Source: Cenococcum geophilum (Eukaryota). Taken from it: 64,000 nt of DNA. This document shows, in pieces, positions 50,046 to 62,450 of the stretch. Within the stretch, counting starts at the first letter, position 1. Each line of letters begins with the position of its first letter. The stretch lies in contig CP158635.1 in assembly GCA_050273025.1 (NCBI GenBank), positions 1,984,001 to 2,048,000 of the forward strand, written 5' to 3'. The notes below the pieces were generated by a model, which was not told where the DNA came from, searched no databases, and saw only the letters and a list, made by a program, of their open reading frames with translations. The position numbers were made by a program, and so were the translations under genes.

Positions 50046-52899
50046 GGCAAGCTGGATTAATTTAGTGTTATTAGCGTCTAGCCTAGTTCTAGTAAATTAT
50101 GATTACAGCTAATGCACCTCCTATATAGCTGTGCTTAACGATAGAGATACTTACTTTAAATTGCATGGATTAAATTTAGTGGATATAGAATATTTGTATC
50201 TTAGCATTTAACATATTAGAGATAATTAAGTAGTGCGCAGTAAATAGGCAGAGTCTAGCATGCTATAGACTAGCAAGTATGGTGTAATTAAACGTCACGT
50301 CAATTAAGAGTGTCTCTATGAAAATTTTATAGCCCTAGACTAGAGTAAAATGGCCATTTGCTATATTATATACAGCCGCTATTAACGCCTCTTAACTTAT
50401 GAGCTAAGTGCTACTTCTATTTATCTATAATGTTAATATCCATATAGGAGGTATAGAACTGCTTAAGTTAGCTTAAAACTAAATAGGCCTATAAATCTTA
50501 CTTAAACCGCGTTAGTATGTGGTCTATATTGACCTAAGAAATCCTAAAGCTAATATACTCTGTATACGCTCCTAACTTAAACATCGTAAGGTATTCTAAA
50601 TAAACACTAGCAAGGCCTGTTACTGCCATTACTGCCACATATTCCTTTATTAAATGGGCTAATATTTAATACTTCGCGCTTTTAGTAAGTAATTTAATAA
50701 AAAGGAGGAATTCTTACCTCTTTCTCTTAGTGATACGTTTAGTTTCCCTTGATTTGCTTTCTATATTTACACCTTATTCTATAAGGTAGTGTCCTACCTA
50801 CTAGGACTGCCGTCCATACTTCTAGGCTAGTAACTTCCAAACTAGTACATATTGCCTACAATGCTATCCTGTACTTTCGGAGCAGATATTATACTATTCT
50901 CTTAATAGTAAGCATTAATAGGAGAGCCAGGGGCAGCCTAAAGTCTTAAATACCCTTCCATCTAGTACTACTATTTTTGAAATACACTATAGAAGGATTC
51001 TAAAGAGTTAAGACTAAGTATAGCATAAAACTCTTAAATGCCAGCTACTCTAGAATTAGCCTGTTAGTTTAAAATATACAAAAGAAAGTAGTCTTTGCTA
51101 TAATTACGCGTATATCCTATATCCCCTACAAGATTGCCCTACTTATTTACTTTTAAGATAAAAATAATCTATAAAATAAAAAGTTAGATATGCTTTATAG
51201 GTGGGGGCTCTTTTACTTTACCGATAAAGAGCTATAAACTTATATAATATTATAGAGTAAAAAGTAAATAATAGCCTTTATTTTAAGGGATTAATTATAA
51301 CGGTTATCTATAACTAAACTAATATATATAGCTCTTAAAAGAGAGTACCCGTATAAAAGAGGTGGAAGGAATAAATTTAAGGGTTAGTTGGGTAAACTCC
51401 GATGGCGTATTGGCTATGGAGAATTTAGAAGTATAAAATTAATAATAGAATAAGGGATTTCGCTATCAATAATAATGTCTAGTAAAAATAAGTACTCTAA
51501 GCCACAGCTAAGGGACCTAGGTAGCCATTAAATTAGTAAGTTAACAGTTACTAAGAAAGAATATAGCCTCTAGCGCAGCTAACTTATGCTTTACTTTAGT
51601 TTTAAGAAAGATACCCGCTAGAAACATAAATCTCTACCAACTAAATCTTCTCTAATTTTGTTTAGTTTTCCTAGGGGAATAAAGTGGGATTATCTTTAAA
51701 GCATAACCTGGGATTAATTTGTATTAATCTAAAGGCTATATAATATAAGATTTCATTTACTATTTATACAATTTCCCGTTAGGAAGCAGTTAACTATATT
51801 ATTTAATCCTCTATGCTAATACTACTTAAATAAGTCTGCTCTCACCAACTTAATATCTGCACTAGTATTATATAAGCTTATATAAAAGAACCCTTTTAAT
51901 ATCTTCATGCAATTTCTTTCTTTTAGTAGGCTATAGTCGTTAACTACCATCTTCCCTAACTCCTCTAACTCCTATTACTCTCTAATAAGACCCTTATAAC
52001 TAGGCCAGGACTTTACCTAGCATATCTCCATAGTTATCGTCTCTTTAATCCTTAGTTTTTCTTAGATTGCGTATTGCCGCTTCTAGTCATTTAAGGTAGC
52101 GTTTCTATTTAACGTCTTCTATAACGTTTCTAGGTCCATTATAATCATTTTATAGCCTACTCTTAAGAATTCATGTCTACTAAGAGGAAGATAGCTTAAT
52201 ATCTTTTGTTAAACCTTTACGGAATAAAAGGGTTCGAATGCAGTCTTTTATTCTTCAAGTATAGTATAGATATAAAGATCTCCCGGGTTCTTTTTATATC
52301 GTTAGTATAATAAATATTTAAGCGACGGAAGTATTAATAACCTAAAGACGTTAGTTTTACGATTTCATCGTGCTTATTAGATTTCTATCATTTTATTAAA
52401 AATAAATATTAACGGGTATAGAGTATTTATACTGCTAAGTAGGAAAACCTATAAACGTGGTCTAGGGAATCCGGGAATAGAGTTAAGAATTTAGTAAGAT
52501 TAACAGAATTGGTAAAAATTGTAGTTATACCACGCCTTTCTTATTACGCCTCCTACTCTACAAAATACCCTACGCTAAATACGCGTAGAAATGATAGGCT
52601 ATACGGAAATCCCACACTAAACAAGTCATGGACAAGAAATCAAAATAATAAATCAGGTAGGGGTGCACATTCCCTACCTAATTATATGTATGAAAAAAAG
52701 GTCACCTAATATTTGTAGCGTCACGATCTATACACTTATTCGCTTCTTTAAGTTATTATCATTATCTCCGCTACTTCCCTTCAGATAGGAAATTAGAGGC
52801 GCCCCCATATATGCAATTTCTCCTTAGTCGCGCGTCTAGGATAAGTAGGAAATATAGAGGTATAGGCGAAAATAGAGTTGGAAAACGTCGGGGCTATAA

Positions 52900-54106
52900 T
52901 CCGCCTAGAGATTAACGTCTTGCTAAGTCGTAATGTTTGAGAAATTTGCCGTGCGTGCCGCCCGTGAAGATCCACACTTAAATAGCATATTCCGCGCGTC
53001 TAACTTCAAGCTCGTCCTCAGAAAGGCTTTATAAAGCTATCTATCTATCTACCTCTTAAGTGTTCTATAATTTCGTTTACGAGTTATAAAGGAGTAGATT
53101 GTCCTCTTGGAGTTATAGTAATTTACATTATATAGCTATAATAGTACGGTCTCTCCCTCGGCTATCCTTAAGGATTTTAATATATCTTACATAGCTCATG
53201 CCCCTTAAAGCTTAATATAAAACGATAATTTCTTCTAATTTCGGCCACTTTTTGCCTAGTATAGTGGTAGTAAAGATAATAAAGATAAAATTAAACTTTA
53301 AGCTACCCAGCCTAACCTTTATATACGAATTGGAAGTTGCCACCCGCCCTAGGGTTAGCCACTTAAACGTCTCTAAGATGCGTATAACGGATGACTTACT
53401 AACCACCCTACGTAAACCTACCAGAACTAGCTTCACCAATTCGGTCGGTAATGTCCGATATCGCGGCATGAACCTCAAGTATCTAGGGTAGGAGCTCGTT
53501 AATATATCCTTTAGTTTCTACTATATACCTTTCAATTTGCTCTAACTTGTCCACAATAGAAAGCCAAAGTTGCTTTACTTACTCCTATAAGCCTTTTAGC
53601 TAAATAGGGACGTCTTATAAGACTGCTAGCGATTTGTCTATAGGCTATATAACCTACGTCTGCGTTAGTAAGTTATCAGTGCCATTAATATCTAATAAGT
53701 TAGGCTCATTCTATCAAAGCCCCCCATCCTTATTAACTATGCCGCAGCACTAATCTAGTATAACAGGATGTCCGCCTAAGCCTTTAAGCCATATTTCTAG
53801 ATTGCTTTCTTCCCACTATATATTCGCAATATATACAGGTAAATTCTCTAGGGGCTTTAATTTAGGCTCCTATATCGTTCTAAGTTTTAGGATCTCTAGA
53901 AAAAGAGCGTCCCAATCTTTAAAAAAGATATTATTATCTATACTCTCTATTACTTTAAGAGTAGTAGAAACGCTTTCGTATTACTAAAATTAATAATATA
54001 TTACCCCTCTGGACCCACTCACATATAATATCCCTAACCGATATCTTTCGTAGCTAGTCGCGTATGTAATTCGCTCTATTCTAAACGGAGATATATAAAC
54101 CCCTAT
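52900..54106 (-). pseudogene. Hypothetical gene, paralog of 62118-62450; includes ORF 53212-53478
   Basis: PVYIANI*WEESNLEIWLKGLGG vs PAYIANMQ*EEDNLETWL*SLDG in the other copy; the nucleotide sequences align at the 5' end. Confidence 0.5.
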
Positions 54107-54232
54107 AAGCAGTAGTAATAAATTACTATCGTGTATAAAAGCGGAGTTCCCTACAAAGAGGGTAAAGAGCGGCGGTGCTATTAAATACTAAATAATAATA
54201 CTGGGTGGGTGGATGTGCCGGGTAGGTAAATG

Positions 54233-54303
54233 TGCTAGGTAAGTAAATATTTATGCTGGGTAAGTAAATATTCATACTAGGTAGGTAAATATTCATGCTA
54301 GGT
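54233..54303 (+). repeat. 21-bp tandem repeat (~3.3 units)
   Basis: tgctaggtaagtaaatattta / tgctgggtaagtaaatattca / tactaggtaggtaaatattca / tgctaggt. Confidence 0.85.
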
Positions 54304-54722
54304 GGATTAAGCAGTATAGTAGGTGGATGAAGTTACATGCTGGGTAAAGGCGTTATGACGGTAATTAGTAACGGAAATGGATAGTATAATAGATTTCACC
54401 TCTTTCACTCCATCTAACTTAATTTAGCGTTTAAGTACGTTTTATAAATCAAGATAGCCTATATAATCTAAGTCGGATGCCTACCTTAAGGTACCTACAA
54501 TGTACCGTATAGGGAAATCTAAAGCGTACTAGATTTAAGAGGTGGCTTTCCCTAATATGCCAAACGTTCTTATAAAGGAATAAAGTAGGCTAGCTGCATA
54601 GCTCTTATGTTAGTCACCACTTATTACTCCTAGCTTCACTACTCTATAGCTCTTTTATTTATTAATCTTCCGATCTTACTAGCCCATCCTCTTTACGCTA
54701 GTTATACCTCCGCATTTTAGAT

Positions 54723-55185
54723 ATATCATCTAGCAGGAAGGCGTACTACCCTAAGGAGGAAAAGCTTCTTTTAGATCTAAGGGCCGAATACAATAACAAA
54801 CTATAGGGCTGGATAACAGAGGCCTATAACAACAGGGTCTAAAACATTTGGCGACATAAAACAGAGGATGCCTTAACCAACAAGCACAAAGCCTTAAAGA
54901 GGAGAGAGGTTAAGAATTAGGCGAGAATAAAGAGGATTGCTAATAACGGGAGGCCCAAAGCAAATACCCCTATTTTTACCAAGACGGTACCTCCTAGACA
55001 ATCTGCCGTGAGCCATCTGTATAGCCCATACTTTCAATATCCTCCTACTATAGTAAATGGGCAGGAATTCCAGACCTACATTATAAGTTGTAGCACGAAT
55101 TCCATACTAAAAATTTGGTGTTAACTTATATAAGCCACAAATTCCCTAGCTATAGACCAACGCCGCATTGCTTTAGAGTGCTAAT
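54723..55185 (+). pseudogene. Myb/SANT-like DNA-binding domain protein
   Basis: RKAYYPKEEKLLLDLRAEYNNKL*GWITEAYNNRV*NIWRHKTEDALTNKHKALKRR matches the Myb-like pattern Y.xEEExLL..L......W..I...YN.....R.T..AL..K...L. Confidence 0.65.
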
Positions 55186-56949
55186 AAAACCATTAAAGAA
55201 GAGGTTAAGGGTTAGTTTAACGTATATTCGCAATACTTTATTAAGTCAGGCAATTAGCTGTGATTAAAAGTTCCACAACCTTCAATTTATTAAAGGTGAA
55301 ATAAGTATTAATATTAGTAGCGGGGCAGAGCAGACTCCCTTAATTTAGGTAAGGTCATATGACGGGATATACGTAGATGGTTATTGTAGATAAATTAATA
55401 TTAACTCTAAATTGGCTTTTGAACCATCTCCCTTAGATTTAGAGAAACTCTTTAAATACTTCCTATAAGTATATTAAAGTCAAATCTTCCCTAACTGCGC
55501 TTTAAGTGATTATACCCTACTCGTTACTGTTTAATTTAAGATTTTAAGACAACCTTAATAAAGGCGCTGCCGCCATATGCACCATTATATACGTATAGCG
55601 ATTTTAAAACCTCCTTAGGCGTATCTATAGTTATCTTTATCCTTAAATAAATCAGTTCGATTCCGAAAATAAGAGGGATTAGAGTGTTATAGTAATTCTA
55701 ATAAACAGCTATAGGGCTTCCAGAACTGGTAATTACGGTTTACTATTCTTAATATCCCGGTTATTAAGCATATTATAGGCGATAAGCTAGGCTGTAATAA
55801 ACCCTTATATAAATATATTGGCTTAATAGTCCCTAGTAATTAATCATCAACATCGCATTACTTGCAAGGTTAAACTAGGTAATTAGATAACGGTTATAAA
55901 CCTTACAGCTCTACAAACGTAGCGTACCCCAAGAGTATTAAGCTCCTTATACATTGCGAGCAACGTATAAAGAGGGGCGGTGGCTTTACTTCATAAAACT
56001 TAATCTAACACACCTCACTATCTTCTAGCAGAAAGAAAAACTCGATAGCAACCAACTCTGCCCTAGGACCGGTAAGGAGAATATAGAATCTACCATTTCC
56101 TATATTATCTACTAATTGAGACCAAGATACCGCGCATTTGCTGCCAATTATACAACGAATAAACACATTGGGATTTCCTAAAGGAATTTTACGGGAATGT
56201 TTATGCGGCAAACGATCACTTATAAAGCCTTAAGCTACGTATAAGAGATCTTAATCAACGCCTTATGTATACCACTACGTTAGCTAAGAACGCTACAATT
56301 TCATATAGGGAATGTTAGGACGCTTTCTTTAAGTATAAAGAGGAGCTTATATAAGAGCGGCTAGAGCATTAAGGGAGCAGAGAAGAACTACAATTTGAAA
56401 AAAAAAGAGTAGATAAAGCAGAAAAATGCTCAGAGTGCGCTTATAATGTAGCACAAGAGGCTAGAAAGATAGTAGATGCTTTACACGGGGAGATTGCGAT
56501 GCTAAAGGGAGACTAACATATAGTCCATAACTCGACTCTAATAACCGCCAACCTAATATATCAGATTACAGTAATGAACAGAAAACTTAACGCTTTAGAT
56601 AAAATTATAGAATTAGAGGATTAAGAAGTCTTATTCCAGAAGCAGATGCTCTAAGCACTAGATAAGAATAATAATTTATAACGGCAAGTCCGGGATGGCC
56701 AGGATGCGCTTAAGTACACTAAACTTCAGCTAGAGAAAGAAAGAGAGGAGAATGCGGGCCTTAGAGGGATTATTAATAGTAGTGTATTAGATAAGAGCGA
56801 TATAAAGAATAAGAAGAAACGGACTTAAAGAGCCCCCAAGAAGCTTAACTACTAGATTAGTATTAATAGGAAGTAGCATAGTTAATCTGTTGTATTAATT
56901 TCATTACATAATCCCTAGGGTCTTTCTTTTGCTATTATCGCCGTATAAA

Positions 56950-58179
56950 TATAAGGATAAAGACATTAGGAACTAGTTGAATTTTTTAGAAAGTGCGACT
57001 ACAATTTATATAAGCAACGTATTTGAACTAGGAAGTAATACAACCTACTTTTAGAAGCTCCTCTAAAGTTACGAATTCTATATTCTTTAAGAAACTCCGC
57101 GCCTTAGGAGACTACACTTCTAAACGTTAAAGAACTAACGTCCTTGGATTCTGGATGCTTGTACCAGTCTCTATTAATCGCATTATAAGGCGACCTAATG
57201 CTTATATATCTCGGGTGTCTATTATAGACGCCTCGTTTTCCTCTATTATTATACTTTCGGCAATATTTACTAGCAAGAGCCATTAGTATTCCTATCTCTT
57301 ACGAATAGGTTAAGTGTTTTACCAATTTTGATATTTCCTATAACTAAGAGTATAATATTATCGGTATCGAGGTGGCCGTAGATAATTTAAAGGACCCGCT
57401 GCAAATAATATATACCCTTAAGAACCTTATATATAGTTAGTGTTATGCGTATAGTTATAACTAGCTAGCTTACTTTATAACATATTACCGCTATATAATA
57501 CTCTTCGAGCATTATAGGGACAGAGTTGACCTCTAATAACGTTACTTTAAAATAATCGTACTCGTAGATGCTGAATAAAGAACCTTAATATAAAAAGACT
57601 TTATACAGCTTTATAATATTACCATAAGAGAACTCTTTTAAACGATATATATAACTATCGGTAGGTTTTAACGCGTATTTCTTTATTATAACAAGTTTAT
57701 AGTTTAAACTTTCACCGTAAGATATAATAGCCTATCCCCCTAATTCTCGCTTCTAAAAGGGGTGGTAGTGTTTATTAGGGTCGTCTAGTCTATACACAAG
57801 TCGCTATAGCTCTTCTTTTATAGGCTGCGCGTTTAATTTATTAAAGGGCAATATTTAAGAAGCTTTAGGAAGATTAAAAGGCCGTAGGAACTTCTAATAA
57901 GCTACTTTCTTTACTTTACTTTCCTTTAAGGCAGGCTCATCGCTGCTAGGTATATTTAGTGGGGAGTTATTAGGTTTAGTACTAATCCGACCACGCCTAC
58001 CATTGTTAGTATTCCTTGGGAATAGAGTTACTGGCTATAGTTGCGTTAGAGCCATTAAGGTGCGAAAATATATTAATACTCGATGCACTTACTAATACTT
58101 ATCCTATATATATATATATTGCAGTACCAGGCTTACAGAATATTGAAGTCTCCTTAACTATACCATTTACGCGGGCCAT
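56950..58179 (-). pseudogene. Degenerate protein kinase (pseudokinase-like), intron-containing
   Basis: DPNKHYHPF, KLVIIKK, NIIKLYKVFLY*GSLFSIYEY, LEEYYIAVICYK/VLKGIYYL, IIYGHLDTDNIIL..GNIKI/NIAES, DI*ALGRLIMRL and ARSFL..TLEELLK/HFL. Confidence 0.8.
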
Positions 58180-58290
58180 TAGGTTACAGCCTCACCACCA
58201 ATATTTAAGGTTGTCTTAATTACCAGTATATTAGCTAGGACCCGTTTAAAAAGTTTAGTAACGGCCTAAATCTTCTTAAAATCGCAAATT

Positions 58291-58776
58291 ATGTCTGCTC
58301 CTAATAGATTTGGGAGAAGGGATAAATAGGCTTTATAGGTAAAACAGCGTGCCAATAAGCCTCCGGAGGTTACCCTTCTAAATTACAAGATTGGGCTTCG
58401 CGAAGGGACCTCTATAGCGCTTAAAGCCACCACTTAACGCCTATAAATAGGTAAAAGTAGCTCTCTGCTAGACGATAGAGTCCGACTTACAAGAGACAAC
58501 GGCTATTTGCGGGTAGAAATTCAGTTCTATCGGGATTACTTTAAGTGCGCTTAACAATTCCACCTTAAAGTTGGCAATATTTGTTAACAGTTGCAAGTTA
58601 CTTACTATTAAGATGCTTTACAAACCGGAGATTCTCTTAAGTACTATAATAAGCTTTGTATTAATCTTTACTATATAATAGAGCGTTATATAGACGACTA
58701 ACGCAAAGCTAAGAAATCTTAGTTAGAGTTTTTTGGCCCACCTAAAATCGGAGTAGATTATAATAGCCAATTGTAA
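58291..58776 (+). pseudogene. Small coiled-coil hypothetical protein divergent from the kinase
   Basis: ATG at 58291; RANKPPEVTLLNYKIGLREG...DRVRLTRDNGYLRVEIQFYR... in one frame with RIP-type stops. Confidence 0.6.
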
Positions 58777-59299
58777 TAGTACAGAGTATAATAGGTGGCA
58801 TTCAGTAGATCTGGATATTTAGATAGTAGATATTTTTATATTATGCTGTTCCTTATCTAGCTGTCTTATTAAGGTAATCAGAACTTCAAATTAAGGAAGT
58901 TAGGGCAGCAGCAACTTATATCTCACCCATTACATATACTTAACGATTAATTGCTAACTAAGAATTATTAGCTAGGGGATAACCATGGTCCACTAATAGT
59001 GGCAATACTCCTATAGTGTAGTAAGATGCTACTATCACGCAAAATAATTTCACTAGTTACTTTAGTCTACTACTTTAAGAAAAGGAAAATACTCTTTATA
59101 TAGTTTTTATTTCACCCGACGCGGTTGCTCTTATAATAACAACATTAAAAGATAACGAATTACAGTAGGCCATAAGCTTGTTAGCAAGCTTGATTAATTA
59201 AAGACTTCCTCTACTGTTAGAATTATAAAGTTATAGGGTTATAGTGAAGCTATCTTAAGGATCTAATTAATGATAGAGATGACGTAGACGATGAATATT

Positions 59300-59800
59300 A
59301 ATTAATTCGTAATGTAGTAGATGCGGTTAATGTCTATATAGATTATATACGGACTTCGTTCTCGTAATGTATCTAGAGCTTAGTCAGCATCTCTCGCTTA
59401 ATTCTAATATCCACTGCCCCCGACCTATCCTAAAAATTCCTAAGGTTCTCTCGAACACAACTTATAAAGGGTATCGTAGGCGCAGAGCCCATCGTTCCTC
59501 TTGCTACTATACTTGCCGTGGATATCGCGCTTATATAACAATAGACAAGCATAATATCTAAAAACTTTAGAACCGTAGGTCGGAGTCCCACACCTAAACC
59601 AGTCCCACTGTTTTTCACCTTCGTCAAGGTAGCAATTTATACAAAAACTATCCACTTTCTATATAAGCATTAGAGAGCTTCCTATAAAAGCTTACGATTA
59701 GTAAGTAGGGACAGACCTCTTTCCCTACAAGACAACGTCCCGTAGTAGCGGCGGCACTTACGCTCGCCCTTTTAGGCTTAACCAAACGGGCTAGTATAGT
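59300..59800 (-). pseudogene. Cys-rich, PHD-finger-like remnant; includes ORF 59440-59655
   Basis: FCINCYLDEGEKQWDWFRCGTPTYGSKVFRYYACL can be de-RIPed to CxxC...WxxCxxxxC....HxxC. Confidence 0.35.
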
Positions 59801-61034
59801 AAGGCGTGCATGTTAACAAATACGAGAAGCGTCAATATTCTATAAATCGATATCTTTCTAAAATAGATATCGATAAAATAAACAAGTCCTTATCATAACA
59901 AACACATTAAGAGCATTTAGCTAATTAGCGATAAGAACATATATACCAATTAGTAAATTTAGAAAATTCATTCTTCTTAGCATGTCTTAGGAAAAGCTGG
60001 TATTCGTTTATACTTATAACCTCTATCTAGGTGCTAAGAAGGCTTAAGCTTTCCTACTCTCTTAGAAACTCTACTAGCGACTAATTAAAGTAGGCCTCTA
60101 TCCAGCCTACCTAATTTAGTTTTAGCCTGCTAAGTAAAGACCAAATAGACCCCCTTTTATGCCTCGCTTAGTCACCACACCTCTTTATCTCCTGACCCTC
60201 CCGCGTAAGTTCTACGGCCGTCCCATTCTCGCCTATTTTAGCACTCCTAAGAACTGCGACAAATTTGTAGTAGCTTACTATATAAGTTTAAATTAACACC
60301 TTTGTTACTAAGTAATCAATTACTCCACTAGAATAATATAGGAATTTACATTACAATAGGATGTTAGTGTCAAAGAGACTAATTTAAGAAATGATAACAA
60401 CCACATCAATTATAAGGAGGTTCGCTAGTAATATATAGAAAGGCAGCCATTACGTAGGGCGAGGCTGGCTACGCCTAAAGGGGCTAAGGATGCACGCCGT
60501 CACTTACATTTTCCCTAGCTTATTAACTTAAAGCCTTTACCGTACAGACTAACCATTGCGCAGGGAAATACGTTTAGATTATAAGAACTTTTAATATAGG
60601 CCAAAACGGGGTATGGGGAGACATTAGCAGGTATATAGAAATAATACAGATAAGGCAGTTAACGTGGATTAGGTAGGTTAGGTGGATTAGGTGGATTAGA
60701 TAAATAATAAATTAAATAGGTCAATACTAGGTCCACGTATATAGGGCTATAGCAGCATTTAAATCCGTATAGCTCTTTTAAATATATAAAAGAGATCTAT
60801 AGGGCTTATAGGCCCCTCATTCTAAGGCTTACTCTTTTAAGGCAGATTTAGGACTCTAAGCCCTCTATTACAAGGTAGGAGTATATGTTCTTATAAAGGA
60901 GAAGACTATAAAACGACAACAGCACCTACCTAAAAAATATAAAATTACCTACTGTCTTCTTTATGCAGGACTAATAGGTAAGGCTTTTATTCTGTATCTA
61001 AGTCAATCTATCCCTACGCTTCTAGTTTATCGCT

Positions 61035-61322
61035 ATAAATCCAACTAACATCTCGGCTAAATCTACAGCTACAGCCCCAGTTGTCTCAACTCCTACTAAA
61101 CTTTTTACCAACTGTACGCCTACCATCCTAACCATTATAAGTCCTACTAGGATTATTACTAAGTCTTCGGCTATAACCCCAACCAACATCTTAGCTAAAT
61201 CTATAGCTATAGCTCTAGTTATCTTAACTCCTACCAAACTTTCCGCCGACTCTACGCCTACTATCCCAACCATTATAAGTCCTACTAAGATTACTATTAA
61301 GTCTCCGGCCACAACCCCGACC
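61035..61322 (+). repeat. 138-bp (46-codon) tandem repeat, 2 full copies plus a partial
   Basis: Units start at 61035, 61173 and 61311 and differ mostly by transitions. Confidence 0.9.
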
Positions 61323-61958
61323 ACTATAAAGCCTACTACGTAGGATATACACCTAGGCTTTTCTATCTGCCAACCACCAAATATAGCTCCTCTTACTAGC
61401 GGATCTGTCTTTCTTACTAGTAGTATAGAAATGGGGAAAGCGCCTAAATGGCAAAATGATGTAACGAAGCGCCTTAGCTTGCTCCCGATTACGGTTCTAA
61501 ATCCACGCTAGGATTACTGCAATGCCAATCTTAAGTAAGATATTAGTAACCCGGAATTCTGTAGGCAAGTTTAATAGGGGCTTAAATGCTAGGAGAAGGC
61601 CATAGTAATCGCTATATATCTTTATCCGGGAACCAATTCCTCAATAAGTTTGATAGAGCTAGGATTGTTTATAAAAACTAGGAAAATGGTAATTTGCTAC
61701 CCGGATGGTTTTTATAGGAGAGGCAATGTGTAGGTTATGTGCGGTGAATATAGCGGAAAGCTAGTAGAGACGTTAGATAAACTGGTTAAGGAGGTAAAGG
61801 ATAGAATAAAGTGCTATAAGGGAAGCAGTAATAAGAATACTGTTAAAAGACATATTAGCTGGTTTAATCGTCTCTACTAAAGCTGGCGACGACTAACCTA
61901 CTTGGTTTGCTGGAGGAGTAGACAATGCGAAAAAAGGCGAAAAGCTATAATTGTCTAA
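61035..61958 (+). pseudogene. Nucleoside 2-deoxyribosyltransferase-like protein (Nuc_deoxyri_tr2/PF15891-type) with Thr/Pro/Ser-rich N-terminal tandem repeat
   Basis: SVFLTSSIEMGKAPKWQ (FLAGSIEMG), ITVLNPR*D, DISNPEFCRQV**GL, PGTNSSISLIELGLF and VICYPDGFYRRGNV*VMC. Confidence 0.85.
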
Positions 61959-62117
61959 TTACGTCACTTGCTACCGTTATAAACCTTTATCTATCTACTA
62001 TATAGCTTTATCCGCCTATTACGCACCTAATCCACCCATTACACACCTAATCCACCTACGAGCCTTTATTTATTTAGCACGTCCATCTGCCTAGCATTCT
62101 TATTTAGTATTCTGCTT

Positions 62118-62450
62118 ATAGGGGGTGATATATTTTTATTTAGGACGGAGGAAATTACGCATACGGTGAACTAAGAAAGACGTTAGTTATAGGTATTATA
62201 CGTATTTAAGAGATCCTAAAAACTAGAACAACGTAAAATGCCAAACTAAGGCTATATGCCAATTCACCTGCATATATCGCGAATATGCAGTAGGAAGAGG
62301 ATAACCTAGAAACATGGCTTTAAAGCTTAGACGGACGTAGATTAATGCTGCGGCATAGTTAAGGAATAAGGTGATAACCTGTCATAGATAGGCTAGTAAA
62401 GCCATCCAAGTATTACAAAGCAGTATTAAACTATCTTCGGGTAAACTCTT
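62118..62450 (+). pseudogene. Internally deleted paralog of the 52900-54106 gene
   Basis: Shares ctgcttatagggg, agagatcctaaaact and tagatta(a/g)tgctgcggcatagttaa with the reverse complement of 53730-54110. Confidence 0.55.

Noticed and set aside
1467..61324. ORF-track entries as intact genes
   Set aside because: They are short, stop-free fragments of larger pseudogenes or shadow frames. For example, 61022-61324 (-) is antisense to the Thr/Pro repeat, and 34703-34915 and 53252-53491 are antisense to minus-strand relics.
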